Shown: positions 15,901 to 25,290, numbered from the stretch's first letter. The stretch is DNA of 32,000 nt from Crocosphaera subtropica ATCC 51142 (GCF_000017845.1 NC_010546.1:90001-122000); one strand, 5' to 3'. A program made the numbers and translations. Notes: a model not told the origin generated them from the letters alone.

Positions 15901-16088
15901 GAATAATTAAGTTTTGCAACAAGAGAATCAGGGTTTATAGACTCCTTATAGCAGTTTTCAATTGGGTGTATCAAAATTTCAGTTAAGTCAGTGGACTTCG
16001 ACAGCCTCAGCAACAGGGGAATATTTGCATTTTCATGTTTAATCTATGCAAAGGAGAATTGCTTTATGCTTTAGAGATGTGGATATTG

Positions 16089-16114
16089 TAGGGGTCAACG
16101 GCCGTTGACCCCTA
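16089..16114. repeat. Perfect 26-nt GC-rich palindrome 50 nt upstream of hypF
   Basis: TAGGGGTCAACGG|CCGTTGACCCCTA is exactly self-complementary and sits in AT-rich surroundings. Confidence 0.7.
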
Positions 16115-16163
16115 GGAAAATGTGTCCCTAGACTTTAGGAAATTGGGATTACTTTGTTAGATT

Positions 16164-18458
16164 ATGAACCAGTTGAGACGATTAAAAATTATCATTCAAG
16201 GGGCAGTTCAAGGGGTGGGATTTCGTCCTTTTATTTATCGTTTGGCTACAGAATTAAACTTAAAAGGATGGGTTAATAATTCTGCATCAGGGGTGTTTAT
16301 TGAAGTGGAAGGAACTAAAAAAAATTTAGAAATTTTTTTAACAAGAATACCTCAAGAAAAACCCTCTATTTCCTCTATTAATACCGTAGAAACCACTTGG
16401 CTAGATCCCGTTAACTATACTACTTTTGAAATTCGTCATAGTAGTAGTGGGGAAAAGACAGCCGTAGTTTTACCCGATTTATCCACTTGTTCTGATTGTT
16501 TACAAGAGATTTTTGATCCGAATAATCGACGTTATTTATATCCCTTTACTAACTGTACCAATTGCGGGCCTCGTTACACCATTATTGAGGAATTACCTTA
16601 CGATCGCCCCCACACAACGATGAAAGTTTTTATGATGTGTGAATGCTGTCAAGAAGAGTATGAAAACCCCCTTGATCGGCGGTTTCATGCCCAACCTAAT
16701 GCTTGTCCTGTTTGTGGTCCCAGGTTACAACTATGGAATAAAAAAGGAGACACATTGGCCAATGATAATAATGCCTTAAATTTAAGTATTAATGCTTTAA
16801 AAGACGGCAAAATTTTAGCCTTGAAAGGATTAGGAGGATTTCAATTAGTTGTTGATGGGAGACATACAGAAGCAGTCACACAATTAAGACAGCGTAAACA
16901 TCGGCCCCATAAACCGTTTGCCTTAATGTATGCTTCTTTGGAAGCTATTAAAAATGATTGCGAAGTTAATGGACTTGAAGAAACAATCTTAACCTCTCCT
17001 CAAGCTCCTATTGTTCTCTTAAAACGCAAAAAATCTCAGAGTTTAAGTCCTGAAATTGCTCCTAATAATCCCTATTTAGGAGTCATGTTACCTTCTACGC
17101 CTTTACATCATTTATTACTCTATAAACTGGATTTTCCTATAGTAGCTACCAGTGGCAATCTTGCCAGCGAACCTATCTGTATTGATGAACAAGAAGCTTT
17201 ACAAAGATTAGAAAATATTGCTGATTTATTCTTAGTTCATAATCGTCCAATTCTTCGACCTGTAGATGATTCTGTCGTTAGGGTAATGGGAGAAAAAGAA
17301 ATGGTTATTCGTCGTGCGAGAGGGTATGCGCCTTTTCCTATACAAATTAATGATAATTTACTGAGAAATAATAAGAAAAAGGATCAGTCTATTCCTAATA
17401 TTTTAGCTGTAGGTGGACACTTGAAAAATACAGTTGCTATCATCAAGAATAATCAAGTTTTTATCAGTCAACATATTGGAGATTTAAGTACGCCAGAAGC
17501 CCTAAAATCATTTAATCAAGTTATGGAAAGTTTAAAAACTTTATATGATTTTGATCCAGAAATAATTGTTTGTGATGCTCATCCTGACTATGTATCAAGT
17601 CAATATGCCAAGGCTCAAAATTTACCTTTAATTACTGTGCAACATCATCATGCTCATATTCTTTCTTGTCTAGGAGATAATAACTTAAACCTTCCGATTT
17701 TAGGAGTCGCTTGGGATGGGACAGGATATGGTAATGATCAGACAATTTGGGGTGGAGAATTTTTATTAGTTACTGGTAATCAATATGAAAGAGTAGCCTA
17801 TTTTCGTCCCTTTAAATTACCAGGAGGAGAACAAGCTGTTAAAGATCCGAGAAGAATTGCATTATCTTTATTATCTGAAGTTTCCCAAGAGTTGTATTAT
17901 AAAGAATTACCTTTCTTAGAAACAATTTCGACTAAAGAATTAAACCTAGTTAAACAAATGTTATCCCGTAACCTTAATACCCCTTTAACTTCCAGCGTTG
18001 GAAGATTATTTGATGGTGTGGCCGCCATGATCGGAATTTGTCAAAATGTAACATTTGAAGGACAAGGAGCAATGGCTTTAGAATATGCGATTAATGACTT
18101 AGAAACGGATGCAAGTTATCCTTATGAAATTGAAGATTCGCTTTATCCCTTAGTGATTGATTGGGAGTTAATGATTCACAGTATTATAGAAGATATCCTC
18201 GGTAAGATATCTCATCAAAAAATTGCTGCTAAATTTCACAATACCTTGGTTGACATTATTATTAATATTGCTCAAAGAAGTCAAGAAAAAAATATTATTT
18301 TAACAGGAGGATGTTTTCAAAATAAATACTTAACAGAAAGAGCCATTTTAGGCTTAACACAAGAAAAGTTTACCCCTTTTTGGCATCATAATGTACCCCC
18401 CAATGATGGAGGACTTGCTTTGGGACAAATTGTTGCTGGAATTCATCGTAAAAAATAA
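16164..18458 (+). CDS. hypF: [NiFe]-hydrogenase maturation carbamoyltransferase HypF
   Basis: 764 aa. It has an N-terminal acylphosphatase-like domain (GAVQGVGFRPFIYRLA). Two zinc-finger pairs are present: CSDC...CTNCGPRYTI and CECC...CPVCGPRL. YrdC-like and Kae1-like domains follow. Confidence 0.93.
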   Translation: MNQLRRLKIIIQGAVQGVGFRPFIYRLATELNLKGWVNNSASGVFIEVEGTKKNLEIFLTRIPQEKPSISSINTVETTWLDPVNYTTFEIRHSSSGEKTAVVLPDLSTCSDCLQEIFDPNNRRYLYPFTNCTNCGPRYTIIEELPYDRPHTTMKVFMMCECCQEEYENPLDRRFHAQPNACPVCGPRLQLWNKKGDTLANDNNALNLSINALKDGKILALKGLGGFQLVVDGRHTEAVTQLRQRKHRPHKPFALMYASLEAIKNDCEVNGLEETILTSPQAPIVLLKRKKSQSLSPEIAPNNPYLGVMLPSTPLHHLLLYKLDFPIVATSGNLASEPICIDEQEALQRLENIADLFLVHNRPILRPVDDSVVRVMGEKEMVIRRARGYAPFPIQINDNLLRNNKKKDQSIPNILAVGGHLKNTVAIIKNNQVFISQHIGDLSTPEALKSFNQVMESLKTLYDFDPEIIVCDAHPDYVSSQYAKAQNLPLITVQHHHAHILSCLGDNNLNLPILGVAWDGTGYGNDQTIWGGEFLLVTGNQYERVAYFRPFKLPGGEQAVKDPRRIALSLLSEVSQELYYKELPFLETISTKELNLVKQMLSRNLNTPLTSSVGRLFDGVAAMIGICQNVTFEGQGAMALEYAINDLETDASYPYEIEDSLYPLVIDWELMIHSIIEDILGKISHQKIAAKFHNTLVDIIINIAQRSQEKNIILTGGCFQNKYLTERAILGLTQEKFTPFWHHNVPPNDGGLALGQIVAGIHRKK

Positions 18459-18512
18459 CTGTGTGGTATCAATTTGGTATAATCAAACAATAAAAATGTA
18501 ACCTTAACAAGC

Positions 18513-19490
18513 GTGGATATTTTTGGAAGCTCGGAACCTGCAAAAATCTTAGTGGTGGATGATCACCCTTTTAGTCGTGTTATGGCGGTGGATCTCTTAA
18601 GTGCCAATGGTTATGATGTCATTGAACATGATGGTGTTTCCGATGTCTTTACTACAGTAAGAAGTGTATCTCCTGATCTCATTTTGATGGATATCAAAAT
18701 GCCTAATCATAATGGTTTTGATGTTTGTCAAAAACTAAAACAAAATCAAGATACTCGTTCTATTCCTATTATTTTGATGAGTGTCTCTGATGACAATCAA
18801 TCCCGTCTCAAAAGCCAAGGGGTAATGGCGGATGCTTTTATGAGTAAACCCTTAGAAAGTATCGTTTTATTACCCGAAGTAGAATTATTAGTCCAAAGAA
18901 AACGACTTTATGAATGGCTAGATCAAATCCAGCAAGTATTGTTTTTGATTTCCCAAGCGATTCAACAGCGTTATTCTTCCGAAGGACAATCAAGGATTAG
19001 ATTTGATAAATTAGCACAAGGATTTGGAGAATATCTTAACTTAAATCAAGTAGAAATTAGTGATCTAATTTTAGCCTCTCATCTTCATGATATTGGTACC
19101 GTTGCTATTCCTGATGCAGTGATGATGAAGCAAGGAAAATTAAATGAAGAAGAACGAGAATTAATCAAAAAGCACGTTTTAATTGGGGAAGAAATTTGTC
19201 GTCCTATGCAAAATCGTCGAGGGATCGCTCAAATTATTCGTCATCATCATGAACGTTGGGATGGTAGCGGTTATCCTGATGGGTTAATCGGAGAAAGTAT
19301 CCCTAAATTAGCGCAAATTTTTCAAATTTTAGATATCTACGAAGCATTAACCAGTCAAAGACCTTATAAGCAAGCCTATAGTCCCCAAGAAGCCATAAAA
19401 ATTATCACCGAAGAAGCAGAAAAAGGGTGGCGAAATGTCAAGTTAGTGCAACAATTTGTTGCATTCATGGAAGAAAAAGAACTGGCTTAA
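18513..19490 (+). CDS. Response regulator with an HD-GYP phosphodiesterase output domain
   Basis: The receiver reads KILVVDDHPF...DLILMDIKMP...KP. The HD-GYP part reads HLHDIGT...HHERWDGSGYPDGL. The start codon is GTG. Confidence 0.88.
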   Translation: MDIFGSSEPAKILVVDDHPFSRVMAVDLLSANGYDVIEHDGVSDVFTTVRSVSPDLILMDIKMPNHNGFDVCQKLKQNQDTRSIPIILMSVSDDNQSRLKSQGVMADAFMSKPLESIVLLPEVELLVQRKRLYEWLDQIQQVLFLISQAIQQRYSSEGQSRIRFDKLAQGFGEYLNLNQVEISDLILASHLHDIGTVAIPDAVMMKQGKLNEEERELIKKHVLIGEEICRPMQNRRGIAQIIRHHHERWDGSGYPDGLIGESIPKLAQIFQILDIYEALTSQRPYKQAYSPQEAIKIITEEAEKGWRNVKLVQQFVAFMEEKELA

Positions 19491-19590
19491 AAAATTATTA
19501 AGAGAGATCCCTAAAAAATCTAATTTTGGAGCAATTTTTTAATATAATTATAACAATTGCTGTTAAAAATTATGATAAGGCATTAGAACT

Positions 19591-20076
19591 ATGGGAGACA
19601 AACTTGCAGATATCTTGGAACCTTTGGCTGCTTGGTTCCGTAGTTTAGGAGTACCCGAACCCATTGTTCATTGGGGACACCCAGTTATGATGGGGATTGT
19701 TGTCTTAGTAATGGGTAGTTTTACGGCTTATATGGGGTGGCGCAGTCGTTTCGTTACTGATCCCGAAGTGGTATCAGAAAGTCGTGCTTCTCACCGTCAG
19801 TTGGCTCCTTGGGTGTTTCTTTTCGTTACCCTAGGATATACTGGCGGAGTGCTATCTCTAGTGATGCAACAACATCCTATTCTAAATAGCGGTCATTTTT
19901 GGACAGGAACCGCCGTTATTGGGTTAATGGCCATCAGTGCGATTACGCCTTTAATTGGCTTTAATAGCGATCAAAAAGAAGGTTATCGTGCGTTTCATGC
20001 GTATTTAGGTGGTGTGGTTGCCATTGTGTTAATTGCTCATGGTATTTTAGGATTAAAATTAGGACTTTCTTTATAG
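19591..20076 (+). CDS. Four-helix integral membrane protein (DUF4079-like)
   Basis: 161 aa with four hydrophobic helices and conserved His residues. The family name is recalled from memory. Confidence 0.5.
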   Translation: MGDKLADILEPLAAWFRSLGVPEPIVHWGHPVMMGIVVLVMGSFTAYMGWRSRFVTDPEVVSESRASHRQLAPWVFLFVTLGYTGGVLSLVMQQHPILNSGHFWTGTAVIGLMAISAITPLIGFNSDQKEGYRAFHAYLGGVVAIVLIAHGILGLKLGLSL

Positions 20077-20188
20077 GTTTTTGATTATACAATAATTACT
20101 ATTCCGGTTTCTTAAAAGAGGCCGGTTTTTTATATTCCTTTTAATCATACCTTCCTCCTTGGATGAACATTAGTCGGTAGCACTTTTC

Positions 20189-21349
20189 ATGATGGAAAAA
20201 ACGGCAAAAAATATTATCGAATTGATTTATCAAGCCATTAATAACCGAGAGATTGATCAAGCGATGCAATGGGTTGATGATGATTGCATTTATGAAGATG
20301 TCAACTTTTCTAAGACATTTCAAGGTAAAAAAGCTGTTAAAAGTCTCTTTCAAGAATCCTGTGATAATGTTCCCGATGATTTTAGATTTGTTGTTGATGA
20401 AATTACCACAGGAGATCCCTTAAAAGTTGGGGTTTTATGGCACGTTGAACTAGATAACATTCCTATTCCCAATGGGAGAGGGGTTAGTTTTTATCGAATC
20501 TCAGAAACCACAGGAAAACTTATTTTTGCTAGGGATATTGTTGAACCTCCCCTCAAACCGGGTAAACTATCTTTTATAATCATTCGTTTAGTCACTCCTT
20601 TAATTAGAACCATTTTGAAACAAGATTCTAACCCCCCTGAAACACAATTAATATTATCAAAAGTATTATGGTTTCTCGCAGGAACTTATATTTATATTTT
20701 ACTGTGTTCCTCTCCTAATTTTATTTTACCAGGGGAACCGGTTTGGGCTGTGCAACCAGAAACCATTAAAGAAGTTATCAGCGAATCCATTAATTTTTTC
20801 TTCGTGTTACCGATTCTAAATATGTTAGGAATTTCTGTTATGAAATCTCCTGTGATCCATCCTGCGATCGAAGCACAATTTAACTTTGCTGAAGCTTGGA
20901 TCTTTATGTTTCTGCCTTTATTATTAGCCGATAAACGGGTCAGAGATTTCCCAAAAGTTGCCCTTTGGAGTGTGGCAATGTTTCTTACCAATGTTTTTCT
21001 ATTACCTTATATGGCTTTACGATTTAAACAACCTACTTTAGAAAAAATAGAAGAACCAAATAAAGGACTTTTAGAACGGATTTTTGGATGGACAGGGTTA
21101 ATGGTTGGAATTATTGCCATTGTTTGGTTATTGATAGGAAGATCAGAGTTTGGAGATTTGAGCCAAAGAATAGACTATTTTATGATGCAATTACAAAGTA
21201 GTCGTGTGGTCATTGCTTTTGCGGTGGATATCTTTTTATTTGCTATTTTTCAAATAATCTTAATGGGTGCGGTTATTCCTCCTAAAAATTCACAACGTTT
21301 TTTAAGGTTTATTCCTTTCTTTGGTCTTGCTTTTTGGTTAATTCTGTAA
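20189..21349 (+). CDS. NTF2/SnoaL-like domain fused to a multi-pass membrane domain
   Basis: The N-terminal approximately 120 aa (IELIYQAINNREIDQAMQWVDDDCIYEDVNF...GRGVSFYRI) resemble a SnoaL-like fold. The C-terminal approximately 250 aa are hydrophobic helices. Confidence 0.6.
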   Translation: MMEKTAKNIIELIYQAINNREIDQAMQWVDDDCIYEDVNFSKTFQGKKAVKSLFQESCDNVPDDFRFVVDEITTGDPLKVGVLWHVELDNIPIPNGRGVSFYRISETTGKLIFARDIVEPPLKPGKLSFIIIRLVTPLIRTILKQDSNPPETQLILSKVLWFLAGTYIYILLCSSPNFILPGEPVWAVQPETIKEVISESINFFFVLPILNMLGISVMKSPVIHPAIEAQFNFAEAWIFMFLPLLLADKRVRDFPKVALWSVAMFLTNVFLLPYMALRFKQPTLEKIEEPNKGLLERIFGWTGLMVGIIAIVWLLIGRSEFGDLSQRIDYFMMQLQSSRVVIAFAVDIFLFAIFQIILMGAVIPPKNSQRFLRFIPFFGLAFWLIL

Positions 21350-21369
21350 CAGTGACCAGTGATTACAAA

Positions 21370-21732
21370 TCATACAGCATACTGTTTTAATTCATCTAAA
21401 GAAACCGCTTCTAATGCTCTGATATGAGTTGCTTCTAAAATGACAGGAGGTGCAACCCCTGCCTCTTTTGCCTCTTGCCAACGGGAGACACATAAACACC
21501 AGCGATCGCCTGATTTTAAACCAGGAAAATTGTAAGCCGAGATAGGGGTACTGAGATCATTTCCTTGTTCTTTGGTAAAGGTTAAAAATTCATCGGTAAC
21601 TTGAGCGCATACCACATGAACCCCAAAATCTTGTCCTCCGGTGCGACAATAACCATCACGATAATAACCCGTCATTGGGTCACCACAACACAGTTGTAAA
21701 TCGGTTCCTAATACATTTTTTGCATCTATCAT
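21370..21732 (-). CDS. DUF2237-family protein
   Basis: 120 aa. LCCGDPMTGYYRDGYCRTGGQDFGVHVVCA...GDRWCLCVSRWQEA matches the Cys-rich DUF2237 pattern. Confidence 0.7.
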   Translation of the reverse strand: MIDAKNVLGTDLQLCCGDPMTGYYRDGYCRTGGQDFGVHVVCAQVTDEFLTFTKEQGNDLSTPISAYNFPGLKSGDRWCLCVSRWQEAKEAGVAPPVILEATHIRALEAVSLDELKQYAV

Positions 21733-21816
21733 TGCTTAATTTTCCTATTATTATCTTGCAGTTAGGAGCAATCGAAATATTGTTTAAGTTATAGCGATCG
21801 CTCCTTAAATTGATAT

Positions 21817-22026
21817 TTAACTCACGTCTACATATTCACACAGGGTTTTAGGATTAGGAAACTCATTGCCTTCTGCTTGTAAGCTGTTGAGATGAGCAGA
21901 AATAGAAGCATAAATCGATTTTTTTACCTCTTCTACGGTGTTCCCTACGGCAGAACATTCCGGTAAATCAGGAACATAAGCACCATAATGAAATCTTCCC
22001 TTTTCAATAATTACTGCGTAACGCAT
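21817..22026 (-). CDS. HicB-like (UPF0150) antitoxin-family protein with no obvious HicA partner
   Basis: MRYAVIIEKGRFHYGAYVPDLPECSAVGNTVEEVKKSI is the typical HicB N-terminal fold signature. Confidence 0.7.
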   Translation of the reverse strand: MRYAVIIEKGRFHYGAYVPDLPECSAVGNTVEEVKKSIYASISAHLNSLQAEGNEFPNPKTLCEYVDVS

Positions 22027-22217
22027 GAGCCGTCCTCTTTCTTTTTATTTTTCTTACCTCAATGTTAATACAGCTTTTCTGAGCCATCAGAAGCATAACT
22101 TAAATTTAACGAGTATTGAGTAACGGCTAATTACCAACAGTATTTATGACTTCAGAAGATTAAAATTTCTATTATAATGCTTATCAAATTGTTAATATTT
22201 ATTTAACAAAGAATTTT

Positions 22218-22670
22218 TTAGGCTTCTGCCATTATTTCAATGGGAATTAAAAGGGGTTTAGCATTGTTGGGTTCAATGGTAAATAATACCCGATTCATCC
22301 CAGAAGGACAACACAAGGGATCATCGTTATCATAGCGTTTATATTCTACAAATAAACTCGAAGGACTGGTTAAGAAAATCCTTGCCATATCGCCATCGGT
22401 TCGAGAGTTCATCGGTTGAGGGGATAGAGTTCCTGCAAATTGTTCTCCGACAAAGACAAATGCTTGGTAACCTAAAGGACGACACATTCCGTCTACTCCA
22501 CTCATAGCGGTTATAACAATGGTTTCATCATAGGTTTGTCTTGGACCAAAGAGTTCCCAACCTGCTCTAATAATAGCCCTTTCTTGGGGGGTTTTTGCTT
22601 CTCTTAATTGGTCTTTACATCTATCAACACTGGGAAGTTCAGCATCTATTTTTGGTGCATTAGGAATCAT
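22218..22670 (-). CDS. LppP/LprE-like domain ORF; probably the downstream part of a frameshift-split gene
   Basis: The motif DDPLCCPSG near the C-terminus is reminiscent of the LppP/LprE family. The reading frame stays open for a further 44+ codons upstream of the annotated Met, up to the A13 tract. Confidence 0.55.
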   Translation of the reverse strand: MIPNAPKIDAELPSVDRCKDQLREAKTPQERAIIRAGWELFGPRQTYDETIVITAMSGVDGMCRPLGYQAFVFVGEQFAGTLSPQPMNSRTDGDMARIFLTSPSSLFVEYKRYDNDDPLCCPSGMNRVLFTIEPNNAKPLLIPIEIMAEA

Positions 22671-22795
22671 CTGTCCTATATCATTCCAATTACTTAGTTG
22701 ATCATCTAACCATATTTTTGTTCTTTCCTTAACTGCTTTTTTACTAATAATTTCAATCAGTGACCATTGAAGACTACTACTATCAGCAGGAGGAT

Positions 22796-23485
22796 TTAAT
22801 TTTTTTTTTTTTGAGAAATTCTTAGCTCATAAAAATACCCTGGTTCGTAGTCAAACCCTTCAATTGAACTATAGAAAAATGTCCAGTTATCTTCTAAATT
22901 TTCTTTAATTTGCAAGCATTGTTGAGGTGCGACCCCAATACAATCTACGGTTTCAGGGCTAATATAAACTGTTTTTTCTACAGTTTTATTATTGTTATTA
23001 TTGATGTTCTTGAAGGTTAAAATACCAATTTCTTTTTGTTTGATGTAAGCGATTTGTAATTGTCCTTTTGCATTAATACTGTAAATTTTTGCTCCTTCTA
23101 ATGCTCCTAAAAATAGCATTTCTTGGTTCATGATTTCTTCAGTACAAGCTTTACGAGTTGCAGCAATTAAGCCTACTTTGATGGCATTGTCTTGAATAGC
23201 ATATCCTGCGGTATAACGGTTACAACTTCCACTTCCTGAAACGGTATCTTTCTCAAAAGCAATGGTAGAGTTTTCTTTACCTAAAGTTTGATTTTCAGTC
23301 CAATCAATTAATTGCCATTCTGTTCCTATTAAGGGATTTCTCTTTTGATTCTGTTCTTGATTTTCTGTTGGGTTGACTGGGTTTTCGTTGGCGATCGCAG
23401 CATTAAATTGATGCAAAGGAACTAGGGAAACTGAGAGAAGGATCATCCCTTGAATAATTTTTTTTAGCCCATACTTATTCATCAT
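22796..23485 (-). CDS. Secreted META-domain (HslJ-like) plus DUF4377-like protein, ending inside an A13 tract
   Basis: There is a signal peptide. META-like sequence reads GTEWQLIDW...SGSGSCNRYTAGY. DUF4377-like sequence reads CIGVAPQQCLQIKE...WTFFYSSIEGFDYEPGYFYELRI. The ORF ends QKKKN* in the homopolymer. Confidence 0.7.
   Translation of the reverse strand: MMNKYGLKKIIQGMILLSVSLVPLHQFNAAIANENPVNPTENQEQNQKRNPLIGTEWQLIDWTENQTLGKENSTIAFEKDTVSGSGSCNRYTAGYAIQDNAIKVGLIAATRKACTEEIMNQEMLFLGALEGAKIYSINAKGQLQIAYIKQKEIGILTFKNINNNNNKTVEKTVYISPETVDCIGVAPQQCLQIKENLEDNWTFFYSSIEGFDYEPGYFYELRISQKKKN
22800..22812. repeat. 13-nt homopolymer (T13 on plus, A13 on the coding strand) at the junction of two ORFs
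   Basis: Counted directly from the sequence. One extra A, or a -1 slip, would fuse ORF 22796..23485 to the frame containing 22218..22670. Confidence 0.9.
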
Positions 23486-23602
23486 TTTTGTACTGAAAGT
23501 CTTGTAAATCAGTTAATTACTTAAGTTTTTCTCATTATAACAAACTTTTCTAGACTCATATCTTGCACCTTCGATTAAATTAGCTAGTTTGCAAGGGTTC
23601 AG

Positions 23603-23630
23603 CTATCACCTATCAGCCATCAGCAGTCAG
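23603..23630. repeat. Degenerate heptamer tandem repeat (STRR-like)
   Basis: The units are CTATCAC CTATCAG CCATCAG CAGTCAG. Confidence 0.45.
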
Positions 23631-23751
23631 CTATATTCTGATAACACTGAACGCTGAGTGCGGACGACTTCCGTTATTAAGTTTATTTGTTCTAGTTCAA
23701 GATTTTAGTAGACTCGATGAAAATTAATTGCTGATAGGATAAACCAACTCA

Positions 23752-25290
23752 TTAGGTTAAATTTTTCTCATTTAAAAAATCTTCAACAACTTTATTGACT
23801 GATTGTCTTTCATGATCAACCAGATAGTTAAGTTGCTGCATTTCTTGAGAAGAAATTTGTCCTGATAATTGTTGTATTATTGGACTGAGATTGGGATGTT
23901 CTTTTAATGTTTCTTGATTAAATACGGGAACAGCCTCGTAGGGAGGAAAATAATTTTTATTATCTTTTAACATATATAAATCAAGAACACTAATCAATCC
24001 ATCCGTTGAATTCCCAGCGACTAAATCGACATTTTTTTCTGCTAAAGCACGATACATCAATCCTAATTCCATCGTCTTTGGTTGCTGAGCAAATTGTAAA
24101 TCATAGGTCTTAGACAGTCCAGAATAGCCATCTTCTCTGGCTAAAAATTCGTAACTAAATCCTGCTGTCCATTCGGGGGTATATTGTGCAACATCTGAAA
24201 TTGTTTCAATATTATATTGCTTAGCATCTTCTCCTCTAATTAAAATAGCATAAGTATTTTCAAATCCTAGAGATGGCATTACTTCTAACTTAAATTCTTC
24301 ATTATAAACTTCTTTGATTTCTCCGTAAACAAGATTGGGATTACTAACAGGTTTCCGTTCCAAAATAGCAGTAAAAGCTGTTCCCGTATATTCAACATAA
24401 CCATCTATCTCTTGTGCTTTAACAGCTTCGTGACAGATAAAAGTTCCCCCTAAATTAAAGCGACGATCTACTGTCAAATTACTATTATTTTCAATTTGCT
24501 GTGCTATCATTTCTCCTAAAATAATTTGTTCAGTGAAGTTTTTTGAGCCAATAACAATCTGTTTTTGAGGTTTATTGATTAAACTGAAAACAATAAATAT
24601 TAATGACACAAATGCAAATAAAAATATAAAAACTTTTTGTTTATTTTTTTTCTTTTTTGTATCTGTTTGGGTCAAATTATTCTCTAACCAACCCAGTCCC
24701 CAATCCACTAATAAAGCAATGATGGCTGAGGGGATAGCACCCGCTAAAATCATCGTATTATCGACTGTCGAAAGTCCTCTAAAAATAAATACACCTAACC
24801 CTCCTCCTCCGATGGCTGCTGCAATAGTAGCAATTCCAACACAAATGACAGCAGCAATTCTTACCCCTCCTAAAATCACTTTTAATGCTAGAGGTAATTC
24901 AATTAAAAACAAAATTTTCAAAGGGGTTAATCCTAAGGATTTTCCTGCTTCTTTGACTCCTTTTCTAATTTGAGTAATACCGATATAAGTATTTTTGATA
25001 ATCGGCAGTAAAGCGTATAAAATTAAAGCAATAATAGCTGGTCGTTTTCCAATTCCTCCTAAAAAGGGAACGGTAATCAAAAAACCAAATAAGGCCAAAC
25101 TCGGAATAGTTTGTACTGCATTGGTTACTAACAAAATAGGATTAGCTAATTTGGGATAGCGACTCATGATAATACCTAAAGGAATACCCATACCAGTGGC
25201 TACTATCATGGCAATTAATACTAATGTTATATGTTCTCCTGTTCGTAATAAGATAACTGATGTGGGAGGTATTGACAGTAACAAATTCAT
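23752..25290 (-). CDS. ABC transporter fused permease/substrate-binding protein, osmoprotectant (glycine betaine/choline) type
   Basis: The N-terminal approximately 200 aa form a permease with five or six TM helices. A further TM helix follows, then an OpuAC-like periplasmic binding domain. No ATPase gene is adjacent. Confidence 0.75.
   Translation of the reverse strand: MNLLLSIPPTSVILLRTGEHITLVLIAMIVATGMGIPLGIIMSRYPKLANPILLVTNAVQTIPSLALFGFLITVPFLGGIGKRPAIIALILYALLPIIKNTYIGITQIRKGVKEAGKSLGLTPLKILFLIELPLALKVILGGVRIAAVICVGIATIAAAIGGGGLGVFIFRGLSTVDNTMILAGAIPSAIIALLVDWGLGWLENNLTQTDTKKKKNKQKVFIFLFAFVSLIFIVFSLINKPQKQIVIGSKNFTEQIILGEMIAQQIENNSNLTVDRRFNLGGTFICHEAVKAQEIDGYVEYTGTAFTAILERKPVSNPNLVYGEIKEVYNEEFKLEVMPSLGFENTYAILIRGEDAKQYNIETISDVAQYTPEWTAGFSYEFLAREDGYSGLSKTYDLQFAQQPKTMELGLMYRALAEKNVDLVAGNSTDGLISVLDLYMLKDNKNYFPPYEAVPVFNQETLKEHPNLSPIIQQLSGQISSQEMQQLNYLVDHERQSVNKVVEDFLNEKNLT

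Noticed and set aside
20141-20991. Minus-strand ORFs 20141..20353 and 20692..20991
   Set aside because: They overlap the start or interior of the SnoaL-membrane fusion gene on the opposite strand and have no motifs.
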